Of a stretch of DNA of 64,000 nucleotides, positions 55,343-64,000 are shown in pieces. The DNA comes from Paracoccaceae bacterium. GTDB lineage: Bacteria > Pseudomonadota > Alphaproteobacteria > Rhodobacterales > Rhodobacteraceae. The notes beneath the pieces were generated by a model. That model did not search any database, was not told where the DNA came from, and was given only the letters and a program-made list of their open reading frames with translations. Location of the stretch: the NCBI GenBank assembly GCA_026417295.1, contig JAOADN010000007.1, positions 224 through 64,223 of the forward strand. The letters are read 5' to 3'. Made by a program: the position numbers and the translations under genes. Within the stretch, counting starts at the first letter, position 1; each line of letters starts with the position of its first letter.

Positions 55343-56839
55343 TCAGTCGGAAGGCGTGGTGGCGGGCAGCTCGCCGTAATTCACGACATCGCCGGAATGG
55401 ACGATGGCGTCGGCCGGCTCCAGCCGGTTGTAGACAAGGCCGGCAAGGCCGACGAGGGCGCCGATGGCGACCACGGCGAAGGCCATGACCTCGCGCTGGT
55501 TGAAGAGCGCGGCCCCCTGTTCGCGCCGCGCCCAGACATAGAGGATCGTCCCGGGCGCGTAGAGCACGGCCGTGAGCAGGACGAATTCCAGCCCCGCGGC
55601 GACGAACATCAGCAGGACGTAGAAGACGGCGATCCAGGAGATCGCGAGATCGGCCCCGCCGGCCGTCCCGCCCTCGCCGCGCCGGGCGACCAGCACGCCG
55701 TAGCCCGCCACCATCAGGTAGGGAAACAGCGTCGTCACGCTGGTCATGTCGAGCATGAAGTTGAAGGCGTCCGTCGACCAGTAGGTCGATATGACGAAGC
55801 CCGAGACGACGATGTTGGTCAGCCACAGGGCGCTGGCCGGCACGCGGTTGGCGTTGGTCGCGGCGAAGAGCCGCGGCATGTCGCCGGACTTCGCGGCGGC
55901 GAACAGGACCTCGGCGCAGATGAGCGACCAGGCGAGATAGGCCCCGAGCACCGAGACGAGGACGCCGATGCGGATGAACCAGGCGCCCCAGGGGCCGGCC
56001 GCGGCCTCGAGCGCACCGGCAAGCGAGGGCTGGCTCAGGGCCGCGACCTCGGCCCTGGGCATGACCGCATAGGGCAGCAGCGTGACCGCCACCATGAGCC
56101 CGGTCACCGCGACGAAGCCGAGGATCGTGGCGGTGCCCACATCGGCCCGGGTCCTGGCGAAGCGCGAATAGACGCTCGCCCCCTCGATCCCGAGGAAGAC
56201 GAAGACGGTGATCAGCATCGTGTCGCGCACCTGCGCGACGAGGGTCTTCTCGGGCATCCCGGTGCCGCCCCAGAAGTTCTCGCGGAAGAGCTCCCAGCGG
56301 AAGGCGACAAGCATGGCGAGCAGCGCCACGAGGATCGGCACGATCTTGGCGATGGTGACGATGAAGTTGACCGCCGCGGCCTGCTCGGCCCCACGCAGGA
56401 TCATGAAGTGGAAGGACCAGATGCCGATCAGCGAGACGGCGATGGCGATGGCGGTGTTGCCCTCGCCGAAGACGGGGAAGAAGAAGCCCAGCGTCGTGCC
56501 GATCAGCACCCAGTAGAAGACGTTGCCGAGGCAGGAGCCCAGCCAGTAGCCGAAGGCCGAGAGAAAGCCCATGTAGTCGCCGAAGCCCGCCTTGGCATAG
56601 GCGAAGACGCCGGCGTCGATCTCGGGCTTCTTCTCGGCCAGGGCCTGGAAGACGCGGGCCAGCATGTACATGCCGGTGCCGGCGATGGCCCAGGCGATGA
56701 TCGCCCCGAAGGGCCCGGTCGCCGTGCCGAAGCGGGCCGGCAGGTTGAAGATGCCCGCGCCGATCATCGAGCCCACGACCATCGCGGTCAGGGCAAGGAC
56801 GCTGATCTTCTGCGTGTCGGATCCGGCGCCGTCGGCCAT
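55343..56839 (-). CDS. arcD: APC-family basic amino acid antiporter (ArcD-like arginine/ornithine antiporter)
   Basis: 498 aa from ATG 56839: KISVLALTAMVVGSMIGAGIFNLP... Adjacent to arcA. Confidence 0.85.
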   Translation of the reverse strand: MADGAGSDTQKISVLALTAMVVGSMIGAGIFNLPARFGTATGPFGAIIAWAIAGTGMYMLARVFQALAEKKPEIDAGVFAYAKAGFGDYMGFLSAFGYWLGSCLGNVFYWVLIGTTLGFFFPVFGEGNTAIAIAVSLIGIWSFHFMILRGAEQAAAVNFIVTIAKIVPILVALLAMLVAFRWELFRENFWGGTGMPEKTLVAQVRDTMLITVFVFLGIEGASVYSRFARTRADVGTATILGFVAVTGLMVAVTLLPYAVMPRAEVAALSQPSLAGALEAAAGPWGAWFIRIGVLVSVLGAYLAWSLICAEVLFAAAKSGDMPRLFAATNANRVPASALWLTNIVVSGFVISTYWSTDAFNFMLDMTSVTTLFPYLMVAGYGVLVARRGEGGTAGGADLAISWIAVFYVLLMFVAAGLEFVLLTAVLYAPGTILYVWARREQGAALFNQREVMAFAVVAIGALVGLAGLVYNRLEPADAIVHSGDVVNYGELPATTPSD

Positions 56840-56954
56840 GTCGTCCCCCCTACGTTCGCCGGGCATCCCGCGGGCCGGCCAATCTTCATGCCGTGGTTCC
56901 GGCCCGTGGCGGCGGGACGCGCTCCGCCCGAATTCGGACTGCCCGTTTGCGCCT

Positions 56955-57374
56955 TTATGGATCGCGGCTGCCGGAAGTAAAGACGTTTCGTGACGGTTCC
57001 GCGAAGGTCCGGCGTGCCGTCGCGGCCGGGCGCAGGCCGATCTGGTCGAGGGCCGCCTCCAGGGCACGGCCGGGGGCGCCGTCCGGGGCGCCGGGGGCGG
57101 GGGCGGCCGCGGCCTCGGCCCTGATCGCGTCGAAACGGGCGCGCAGCGCGGCTTTCTCGGCGCCGCGGCAGTCGTTCCAGGGGCGGCCCTGAAGGCCCAT
57201 GACCAGGACGTAGTAGCCGATGAAGTGGGGCGGGGTGCCCGACATCAGCAGGCGGCGGTAGGCGGCATCGGGGCCGAGTGCGATGACCTCTTCGGCCGTG
57301 GTGATGCCGGCGCGGGCGAAGGCCGCCGCCGCGGCCGGGCCGAGGTTCGGGATGGCGGTAACGGGGCGCGGCAT
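56955..57374 (-). CDS. stand-alone TfoX C-terminal-domain protein
   Basis: 139 aa. [38 protein letters not shown]...GLQGRPWND fits the TfoX_C pattern (IPNLGP..A.aGI.t...l..lG...AY). Confidence 0.7.
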   Translation of the reverse strand: MPRPVTAIPNLGPAAAAAFARAGITTAEEVIALGPDAAYRRLLMSGTPPHFIGYYVLVMGLQGRPWNDCRGAEKAALRARFDAIRAEAAAAPAPGAPDGAPGRALEAALDQIGLRPAATARRTFAEPSRNVFTSGSRDP

Positions 57375-57446
57375 GGAGCAGCCTTTGCAGGATCCCGGGC
57401 CGAGACTAGCCCGGCCGTCCCGCCGGCGGAAGCCCGCGCCGCTGGC

Positions 57447-57632
57447 TCAGATCGAGGCCCAGTCGGTGATCTGGCTGCCGCCCATCTGGGGCGCCGGCGC
57501 GGCCGGCGTCTCCTGGCTGCGCTGGGCGGCCGGCCGGCCCCCGGCCGGCTGCGGACGCGACGGGTCCACATGACCCTGCTGCTGCACCACGGCGGGCTCA
57601 CCCGCGCCGCGTTGGCCAGACGTCTCCATCAC
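57447..57632 (-). CDS. possible 61-aa Gln/Pro-rich protein upstream of the TfoX_C gene
   Basis: About 88% G/C at codon position 3 by manual count. An SD-like GGAAGGG lies upstream. No family recognised. Confidence 0.35.
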   Translation of the reverse strand: MMETSGQRGAGEPAVVQQQGHVDPSRPQPAGGRPAAQRSQETPAAPAPQMGGSQITDWASI

Positions 57633-57882
57633 TCACACCCTTCCCGCGGGTCTTTCGCCCGCTCGCTTGTCCCGTGCCTCAGACCGTTATGGGCGGCCAA
57701 TCTGGCCCGGTCACGACCGAGGTATGGGGGGATTGCGGCACCGTCAAGGATGTTTGCGGCAGACAGGTGCCGGGGCCTGCACAAAAGCGTAAAGAATCCG
57801 TGACCTTGCGGCGGTCCGGTCACAATCCGGCCGCGTGGGCGCCCGTCCCGCCTGCCGGGGGGCGATTCATGCCATTTCCAGA

Positions 57883-58845
57883 ATGCGGAAACCGGCCTAT
57901 CGTTCGGCGTCCGTCCCCTTCGCAGGAAAGGCGCCCCGCTTGCCAGCCCCCGCCGCGACAGCCCATCCGTCGAGTGCGCTGGGCTATGCGCGGCCGGCGA
58001 CCTACGAGGAGCTTCTGGCGGTCCTGTCCTCGGGGGCGGCGGGCCTGCCCAAGCGCCTGCGCCAGGTGGCGGTCTACCTGACGCAGCATCCCGCCGAAGT
58101 GGCGCTGGGGTCGATCAGCAAGGTCGCGACGGATGTCGGCGTGCAGCCCTCGACGCTGGTCCGCTTCGCCCAGATCTTCGGCTATGCCGGGTTCTCGGAC
58201 TTCCAGGACCTGTTCAAGGCGCATCTCAAGGGCGGCCTGCCGGGGCCGGCGCCGCGCCGGGCCGAGGACCGCCCGCCGCGGGCGGCGCCGCATGCGCTGT
58301 CGGGCCTCTGCGCGGCGGCGGCGGCCTCGGTCGCGCGGCTGGACGAGGAGTTCGACGCCCCGGCCTTCGCGCGGGCGGCCGAGCTGCTGGCGGGGGCGGA
58401 CCTGATCCACCTCATCGGGTCCAAGCGGGCCTTTCCGGTCACCAGCTACATGTCCCTGACGCTGGCCCAGCACGGGGTCAGGAACGTGCTGGTCTCCAAC
58501 ATCGGATCGGCCGCGCATGACCAGATCGCCTGTCTCGGCCCGGCCGATGCGGTCCTGTCGGTCAGCTTCAGCCCCTACAACTCGGTCACGCCCGAGCTGA
58601 CCGCGGCGGCGGCCGACCGCGGCGCCACGGTCGTGGCGATCACCGACAGCCCCTTCAGCCCGCTGATCGACCTGTCCGGCGCGGCGCTGATCGTCGTCGA
58701 ATCGGCGGCCGAGGGCTACCGGACGCTGGCGGCCTCGCTGGTCATGGGGCTGGGCCTGTCCCTGGCGGTGGCGCGGCTGCGCGCCGCGGCGCGGCCGCCG
58801 CCCCCGCGCCCCGCCGCCGGACGCGGGCGCAGGGCGGCGCCCTAG
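57883..58845 (+). CDS. MurR/RpiR-family transcriptional regulator (HTH_6 + SIS domain)
   Basis: LPKRLRQVAVYLTQHPAEVALGSISKVATDVGVQPSTLVRFAQIFGYAGFSDFQ followed by a SIS domain. The start is uncertain (ATG 57883; the ORF is open from 57835). Confidence 0.85.
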   Translation: MRKPAYRSASVPFAGKAPRLPAPAATAHPSSALGYARPATYEELLAVLSSGAAGLPKRLRQVAVYLTQHPAEVALGSISKVATDVGVQPSTLVRFAQIFGYAGFSDFQDLFKAHLKGGLPGPAPRRAEDRPPRAAPHALSGLCAAAAASVARLDEEFDAPAFARAAELLAGADLIHLIGSKRAFPVTSYMSLTLAQHGVRNVLVSNIGSAAHDQIACLGPADAVLSVSFSPYNSVTPELTAAAADRGATVVAITDSPFSPLIDLSGAALIVVESAAEGYRTLAASLVMGLGLSLAVARLRAAARPPPPRPAAGRGRRAAP

Positions 58846-58856
58846 GACGGTCCGGG

Positions 58857-58895
58857 GAACGGATTTTCCAGTTGCCGGAAATGGAAATTCCGTTC
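58857..58895. promoter_or_regulatory. 13-bp inverted repeat (operator-like) upstream of the mannitol-dehydrogenase-family gene
   Basis: GAACGGATTTTCC (58857-69) and GGAAATTCCGTTC (58883-95) pair at 12 of 13 positions, with a nested TTTCC/GGAAA pair between them. Confidence 0.5.
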
Positions 58896-58975
58896 GATAC
58901 TGCGACTCGCCGGGCGGGGTCCGCGGGCCGCGGGGGCCGTGCGGCGCGAGCCCGGCCGGGGGGAGGCGGCGGCCG

Positions 58976-60475
58976 ATGCCCCAGGCGGCGCGACGGCTTG
59001 ACGAGGCGACGCTGGCGGAAGTGCCGGCAGCGATCCGCCGGCCCAACTACGACCGCGCCGGGCTGGGCATCGCCTGCCTGCATCTCGGGGTCGGCGCCTT
59101 CCACCGCTGCCATCAGGCCGAGTACATGGAGGACCTGCTGGCCTCGGGCCTGTCGCGCGGCGGCCTTTTCGGCGTCAACCTCGCGCCCCCGGCGCTGGGC
59201 CCCATGCTCGGCCGGCAGGACGGGCTCTACTCGCGGACGCTGCACGACGGAACGGCAAGCGAGACGCGCGTCATCGGGGCGATCCTCAAGGTCGCCGACG
59301 GCGCGGCCGCGGCGCTGGCGCTGCTCGCCGATCCGGCGATCAGCACGGTCACGCTGACGGTGACCGAGAAGGCCTACTGCCATGTGCCGGCGACGGGCGA
59401 GCTGGACGAGGCGCGGGCAGAGGTCGCGGCCGACCTTGCCGACCTTGCCGACCCTGCCGACCCGGCCGGGCAGGGCGGCCCGGCCTCGCTGCCCGGCCTG
59501 CTCGCCTGCGGCCTGGCGCGGCGGGCGCGGGCGCGTGCGGGGCCGATCAACCTGATCAGCTGCGACAACCTGCCGGCCAACGGCGCCATCCTTGCCCGCG
59601 TGGTGCGCGGCTTTGCCGGACGCGCGCTGCCCGGGCTGGCCGGCTGGATCGAGGACAACGTCGCCTTTCCCGCGACGATGGTGGACCGGATCGTGCCGGC
59701 GACGACCGCGGCCGGGCTTGACAGCGTGGCCGCCCGGCTGGGCCTGCGCGACGAGGCCGCCGTGCAGGGCGAACCCTTCCGGCAGTGGGTGATCGAGGAT
59801 GCCTTCCGCGCCCCCCGCCCGCGCTGGGAGGCGGCCGGCGTCGAGATCGTGGCCGATGTCGGGCCGCATGTCCTGACGAAGATGCGCGTGCTGAACGCGG
59901 CGCAGACCATGCTGGCGCTGGCCGGCGCGCTGGCCGGCCACGACTTCACCCACGAGGCTGCGGCCGACCGGGCGCTGGCCCGGTGGGTCGGCCGGACGCT
60001 TGCCGCCGAGACGCTGCCGCACCTGCCGCCGGCCCCCGGCATGGCGCCCGGCCCCTATCTTGCGGCAAGCCTGGCGCGGATCGCCAATGCCGGGATCGCC
60101 CACCGCTGCCACCAGATCGCCACCGATACCAGCCAGAAGATCCGCCAGCGGCTGCTCGACCCGATCCGCGCCTGCCGCGGGGCAGGGGCGCCCCATCCCG
60201 GCCTGACGCGGGGGGTCGGCGCCTGGATCGCCTATCTGGCGCGGTCCGGGCCCGACTTCGGCGCGCGCTGGACGGTCAGCGACCCGGTCATGGCGCGGGC
60301 CGGTCCGGCGATCCTGCGGCACGGGCGCGACATCGCCGGGCTGACGCGCGAGATCCTGTCGCAGGCCGACATCTTCGGCCCCGACCTGTCGGGCGATGCG
60401 GCCTTTGCGGCCGAGGTGACGGCCGCCGCGCAGGGCCTGCTCGACGCCCCGCGCGGCCCGCCCCCGGCGGCCTGA
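58976..60475 (+). CDS. mannitol dehydrogenase-family oxidoreductase (fructuronate/mannonate reductase-like)
   Basis: 499 aa with the N-terminal Rossmann-type HLGVGAFHRCHQAEY and FPATMVDRIVPAT. Confidence 0.85.
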   Translation: MPQAARRLDEATLAEVPAAIRRPNYDRAGLGIACLHLGVGAFHRCHQAEYMEDLLASGLSRGGLFGVNLAPPALGPMLGRQDGLYSRTLHDGTASETRVIGAILKVADGAAAALALLADPAISTVTLTVTEKAYCHVPATGELDEARAEVAADLADLADPADPAGQGGPASLPGLLACGLARRARARAGPINLISCDNLPANGAILARVVRGFAGRALPGLAGWIEDNVAFPATMVDRIVPATTAAGLDSVAARLGLRDEAAVQGEPFRQWVIEDAFRAPRPRWEAAGVEIVADVGPHVLTKMRVLNAAQTMLALAGALAGHDFTHEAAADRALARWVGRTLAAETLPHLPPAPGMAPGPYLAASLARIANAGIAHRCHQIATDTSQKIRQRLLDPIRACRGAGAPHPGLTRGVGAWIAYLARSGPDFGARWTVSDPVMARAGPAILRHGRDIAGLTREILSQADIFGPDLSGDAAFAAEVTAAAQGLLDAPRGPPPAA

Positions 60476-60593
60476 CGGCCGGGCGCGGCCCGGGGGGAAG
60501 GGCGCGGCGGGGGTTGGCCCGCCGGCGGGATTCCGTGCTAGGCAGGGGCGACCGCGGCCCCGGGTGGGGGCGGCGCCGCGGCAGAGGCCCGCC

Positions 60594-63176
60594 ATGCCCG
60601 ACCGGGACGACGACCTGCCCGACTGGAGCCTGCCCGAGGCAGGGCTGTGCGCAGTCGTGGATTCGGGCCCGGGGGGGCTGACCGCGGCCGAGGCGGCGCT
60701 GCGGCTGGCGCGGGAGGGGCCCAACCTCATCGCCGAGGACGCAGGCGCCGGCGCGGCCCGTCTCTTGCTGCGCCAGTTCGAAAGCCCGCTCGTCGTCATC
60801 CTCGTCGTCGCGGCGCTGATCTCGCTGGCGCTGCGGGAATGGGTCGATGCGGGGATCATCCTTGCCATCGTCGCGGGCAGCACGGCGCTGGGCTTCTACC
60901 AGGAATTCCGCGCCTCGGCGGCGGTGGCCGAGCTGCGTTCGCGGCTGGCGCTGACCTGCCGCGTGCTGCGCGACGGCGCCCCCGTGGAACTGCCGGTCGC
61001 TGCCGTCGTGCCCGGCGACGTGATCCTGTTGTCGGCGGGCAACCTGATCCCGGCGGACGGGCGGGTGATCGAGGCGCAGGACTTCCTGGTCAGCGAGGCC
61101 AGCATGACGGGCGAATCCTTCCCCGTCGAGAAGCGCCCCGCCACGCTGCCCGCGGACACGCCCCTGCCGGCGCGGACCAACAGCGTCTTCATGGGCTCGT
61201 CGGTGCGCAGCGGCACGGCGCGGGTCCTGGTCGTCAGGACCGGCCGGCGCACCGCCTTTGCCGCGATCGCCCGGCGCCTGGCCGCGCACGAGCCCGAGAC
61301 CGACTTCGCCCGCGGGGTCCGCCGCTTCGGCTACATGCTGGTGCGCGTCATGATCGGCATCGTCGTCTTCGTGCTGACCGTGAACCTGGTGATGGACCGG
61401 CCGGCGATCGACTCGCTGCTCTTCGCGGCGGCGCTGGCGGTCGGCCTGTCGCCCGAGCTGCTGCCGGCGATCGTCAGCGTCACCCTGTCGGCCGGTGCCC
61501 GCGCCATGGGCCGGCGGGGCGTCATCGTGCGCCGCCTCGAGGCGATCGAGAATCTCGGCAGCATGGACATCCTGTGCACCGACAAGACCGGCACGCTGAC
61601 CGAGGGAACGATCGTGCTGAACGCCGCGCTGGACGCCGCGGGCAACGACTCGGACGCGGTGCTGCGCCTGGCCTTCCTGAATGCCGCGCTGGAGACCGGG
61701 ATCGCCAATCCGCTGGACGCGGCCGTCGTCGCGGCCGGGCGCGCGGCGGGGCTGACGGCTGCGGGGGCGACCAAGACGGACGAGATCCCCTACGACTTCC
61801 AGCGCCGCCGGCTGACCATCGTGATCGACGACGGCAGCGAGGCGGGCCGCCACCTGATCGTCACCAAGGGGGCCTTTGCCGACGTTCTCGGGATCTGTTC
61901 CTCGGTGATGCGGGAGGGGGGCGCCGTGCCGCTGGACGCCGCCGGGCGGGCGGCGCTCGAGTCCATGTTCGCGGCCCGGGGCGCCCAGGGGTTCCGGGTC
62001 CTCGCCCTGGCCACGCGCAGCCTTGCCGCCCGGCCCGACTATGACCGCGGCGACGAGTGCGACATGACCTTCCGCGGCTTCCTCGTCTTTCTCGACCCGC
62101 CGAAGCCCGAGGCCGGCCGCACCATCGGCGACCTCGCGGCGCTGGGCATCGCGATCAAGGTCATCAGCGGCGACAACCGCTTCGTCACCGCGCACATGGC
62201 GCGGGCCGTGGGCCTTGATGCCGGGGCCATGCTGACCGGCGCCGAGATCGCCGCGATGAACGACGAGGCGCTGTGGAACCAGGCGCCGCAGACCGACCTC
62301 TTCGTCGAGATCGACCCCCAGCAGAAGGAGCGGATCGTGCGCGCCCTGCAGCGCACCGGCCATTCGGTGGGCTATCTGGGCGACGGGATCAACGATGCGC
62401 CGGCGCTTTATGCCGCGGATGTGGGGATCTCGGTGGAGGGCGCCGTCGATGTCGCCCGCGAGAGCGCCGACATCGTGCTGCTCAGCCGCGACCTCGACGT
62501 GCTGCGCAGGGGGGTCGAGGACGGCCGGCGGACCTTCGCCAATACGCTCAAATACATCTCGATCACCACCAGCGCGAATTTCGGCAACATGGTCAGCATG
62601 GCGCTGGCCACGCCTTTCCTGCCGTTCCTGCCGCTGGCGGCCAAGCAGATCCTGCTCAACAACTTCCTCTCCGACCTGCCGGCCATCGCCATCGCCAGCG
62701 ACAATGTCGATGCCGCCCGCCTGGCGCGGCCGCAGCGGTGGGACCTGGCCGGGATCCGCCGCTTCATGATCGTCTTCGGCCTGGTCAGCTCGTGCTTCGA
62801 CCTCATCACCTTCGCTGTCCTGCTGCTCCTGTTCCAGGCGGGGGAGGCGCTGTTCCAGACGACCTGGTTCGTGATCTCGCTTCTCACCGAACTGGCGGTG
62901 GTGATGGTGCTGCGCACCCACGGGCCGATGCTGCGAAGCCGGCCGAGCAGGCTTCTTCTGTCGGCCACGGTGCTGGTCGGCGCGACGGCGCTGGCCATCC
63001 CCTATCTCGGGCCGGCAAGCGCCGCCTTCGGCTTCGTCCCCCTGCCGCCGGCGCTGGCGGCCGCGGCGCTGGCGATCGTGCTGGGCTATGTGCTGGCCAC
63101 CGAGGGCGCCAAGGCGCGCTTCTACCGCCACGAAGAGGCGGCCGCCCCGCCCGCCGCCGGCCCCCCGGCCCCCTGA
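60594..63176 (+). CDS. mgtA: magnesium-translocating P-type ATPase
   Basis: DKTGTLT phosphorylation site, TGES, GDGINDAPAL, and 10 TM helices. I set the start at ATG 60594 (a GTG at 60564 is also open). Confidence 0.85.
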   Translation: MPDRDDDLPDWSLPEAGLCAVVDSGPGGLTAAEAALRLAREGPNLIAEDAGAGAARLLLRQFESPLVVILVVAALISLALREWVDAGIILAIVAGSTALGFYQEFRASAAVAELRSRLALTCRVLRDGAPVELPVAAVVPGDVILLSAGNLIPADGRVIEAQDFLVSEASMTGESFPVEKRPATLPADTPLPARTNSVFMGSSVRSGTARVLVVRTGRRTAFAAIARRLAAHEPETDFARGVRRFGYMLVRVMIGIVVFVLTVNLVMDRPAIDSLLFAAALAVGLSPELLPAIVSVTLSAGARAMGRRGVIVRRLEAIENLGSMDILCTDKTGTLTEGTIVLNAALDAAGNDSDAVLRLAFLNAALETGIANPLDAAVVAAGRAAGLTAAGATKTDEIPYDFQRRRLTIVIDDGSEAGRHLIVTKGAFADVLGICSSVMREGGAVPLDAAGRAALESMFAARGAQGFRVLALATRSLAARPDYDRGDECDMTFRGFLVFLDPPKPEAGRTIGDLAALGIAIKVISGDNRFVTAHMARAVGLDAGAMLTGAEIAAMNDEALWNQAPQTDLFVEIDPQQKERIVRALQRTGHSVGYLGDGINDAPALYAADVGISVEGAVDVARESADIVLLSRDLDVLRRGVEDGRRTFANTLKYISITTSANFGNMVSMALATPFLPFLPLAAKQILLNNFLSDLPAIAIASDNVDAARLARPQRWDLAGIRRFMIVFGLVSSCFDLITFAVLLLLFQAGEALFQTTWFVISLLTELAVVMVLRTHGPMLRSRPSRLLLSATVLVGATALAIPYLGPASAAFGFVPLPPALAAAALAIVLGYVLATEGAKARFYRHEEAAAPPAAGPPAP

Positions 63177-63294
63177 TCGCGCGACCCGGCGGGGCGGCCG
63201 GTGTCGCAGCGCTGCCGCTGCGGGCGGGCGGGATGCGCGCGGGCATGGCAATCCGGTGCCGGTTCTGGTCATCCTCGGGGCGGGAACCGACCGC

Positions 63295-64000
63295 ATGGAC
63301 AAGAGGCAAGGACATGATTCGCATCTGCCCCCGCGGCCGGAGGGGGGCTGGTCCTGTGCCCTTGTCTCCCTTCCCGACGCGCTGGTCGTGCCGTCCACGG
63401 TGCCCGACCTCGTGCAGCCGGCCGGCGTCTTCGACGCCGCGGGCCGCTTCGTGCCCGAGGCGGTGCTGTGGCGCGGCCGCCCCCTCATGGTCGAGCCGCC
63501 GCGCCCGGCCGAAGCGGCAGCGCTGCCGGGGCGCTGGATCTGGGGCGGGGTGCTGCTGAACCATTTCGGCCATTTCCTGACCGAGACGACGGGCCGGCTC
63601 TGGGCGCTCGACGCGCTCGAGGGGCCGGTGGACGGCATCGTCTTCATCTCGAAGCGCGAGGAGGCGGATGCGGCGGGCGAGATCGCGATGCAGGCCTGGC
63701 ACCGGCAGTTCTTCGCCATGCTGGGCATCGACCTGCCGGTCCGCATCCTGACCGCGCCCACGCGCGTGGGGCTGCTCGAAGTGCCGGGGCAGGGCTTCGG
63801 CATCGGGCCCATCGCCAGCGGCACCGAGGCCTTCCGCGCCTTCATCCGGTCGCGCTTTGCGCGCGACGTCCCGGCCGAGGGGCCGGCCGACCTCTACATC
63901 TCGCGCTCCGCGCTCAGCGCCGTGCGCGGCGGGGTCATCGGCGAGACCCGCATCGAGGAGGCGCTGGCGGCCATCGGCTACGAGGTCCTTCACCCCCAGA
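63295..64000 (+). CDS. glycosyltransferase family 61 / DUF563-like protein, N-terminal part (runs off the right edge)
   Basis: Manual translation of the frame containing 63541 gives ...WIWGGVLLNHFGHFLTETTGRLWAL...LYISRS... The ORF has no stop in the window, so it is missing from the ORF track. The start is uncertain (ATG 63295, GTG 63388 or GTG 63400). Confidence 0.5.
   Translation, partial: MDKRQGHDSHLPPRPEGGWSCALVSLPDALVVPSTVPDLVQPAGVFDAAGRFVPEAVLWRGRPLMVEPPRPAEAAALPGRWIWGGVLLNHFGHFLTETTGRLWALDALEGPVDGIVFISKREEADAAGEIAMQAWHRQFFAMLGIDLPVRILTAPTRVGLLEVPGQGFGIGPIASGTEAFRAFIRSRFARDVPAEGPADLYISRSALSAVRGGVIGETRIEEALAAIGYEVLHPQ

Noticed and set aside
60288-63845. 1185-aa minus-strand ORF antisense to mgtA
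   Set aside because: Same reasoning. The + strand encodes a P-type ATPase with all canonical motifs (DKTGTLT, GDGINDAPAL), while the antisense translation is Arg/Pro/Gly-rich and featureless.

Overview
High-GC (about 68-70% by eye) alphaproteobacterial chromosome segment with Rhodobacterales-like gene content and about 60 protein-coding genes. I found no rRNA, tRNA, CRISPR array, transposase or integrase. The main feature is a complete RcGTA-type gene transfer agent (GTA) head-tail cluster on the + strand (g1-g15 including g3.5 and g10.1, 7779-21646). It is followed by a translationally coupled DUF2793 gene and then cysE. The rest is mostly housekeeping: fabF-mltG, rplU-rpmA-GNAT-obg-proB-proA, chpT, olsBA, thiE, trmJ-like, ctaA, an M32 carboxypeptidase, rplM-rpsI, a MocR regulator with a PotBCA-like ABC importer, an ABC-F ATPase, ndk, an arcD-arcA-nhaC operon, a TfoX_C-domain gene, an RpiR regulator with a mannitol-dehydrogenase-family gene, and mgtA. 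Observations worth a second look: (1) an intrinsic-terminator-like hairpin with a U-tract only 39 nt upstream of GTA g1, and a strong hairpin after the capsid gene, which may be attenuation or anti-termination points. (2) A G-skewed tandem repeat between the terminase and portal genes. (3) A 128-codon, high-GC3, in-frame extension upstream of cysE that starts 4 nt after the DUF2793 stop. (4) A four-gene PlsC-like / CdsA(YnbB)-like / small membrane protein / CDP-alcohol-transferase (YnbA-like) lipid module. (5) A promoter motif shared by the two ribosomal-protein operons. (6) A frameshifted GIDE-like membrane protein gene. (7) GATACAA direct repeats between the DUF1127 and MocR genes. (8) A gap of about 970 bp with no convincing gene, which contains nested hairpins, a tandem 12-mer and a 14-bp perfect palindrome. 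All family assignments come from motif recognition by eye. No database searches were run.
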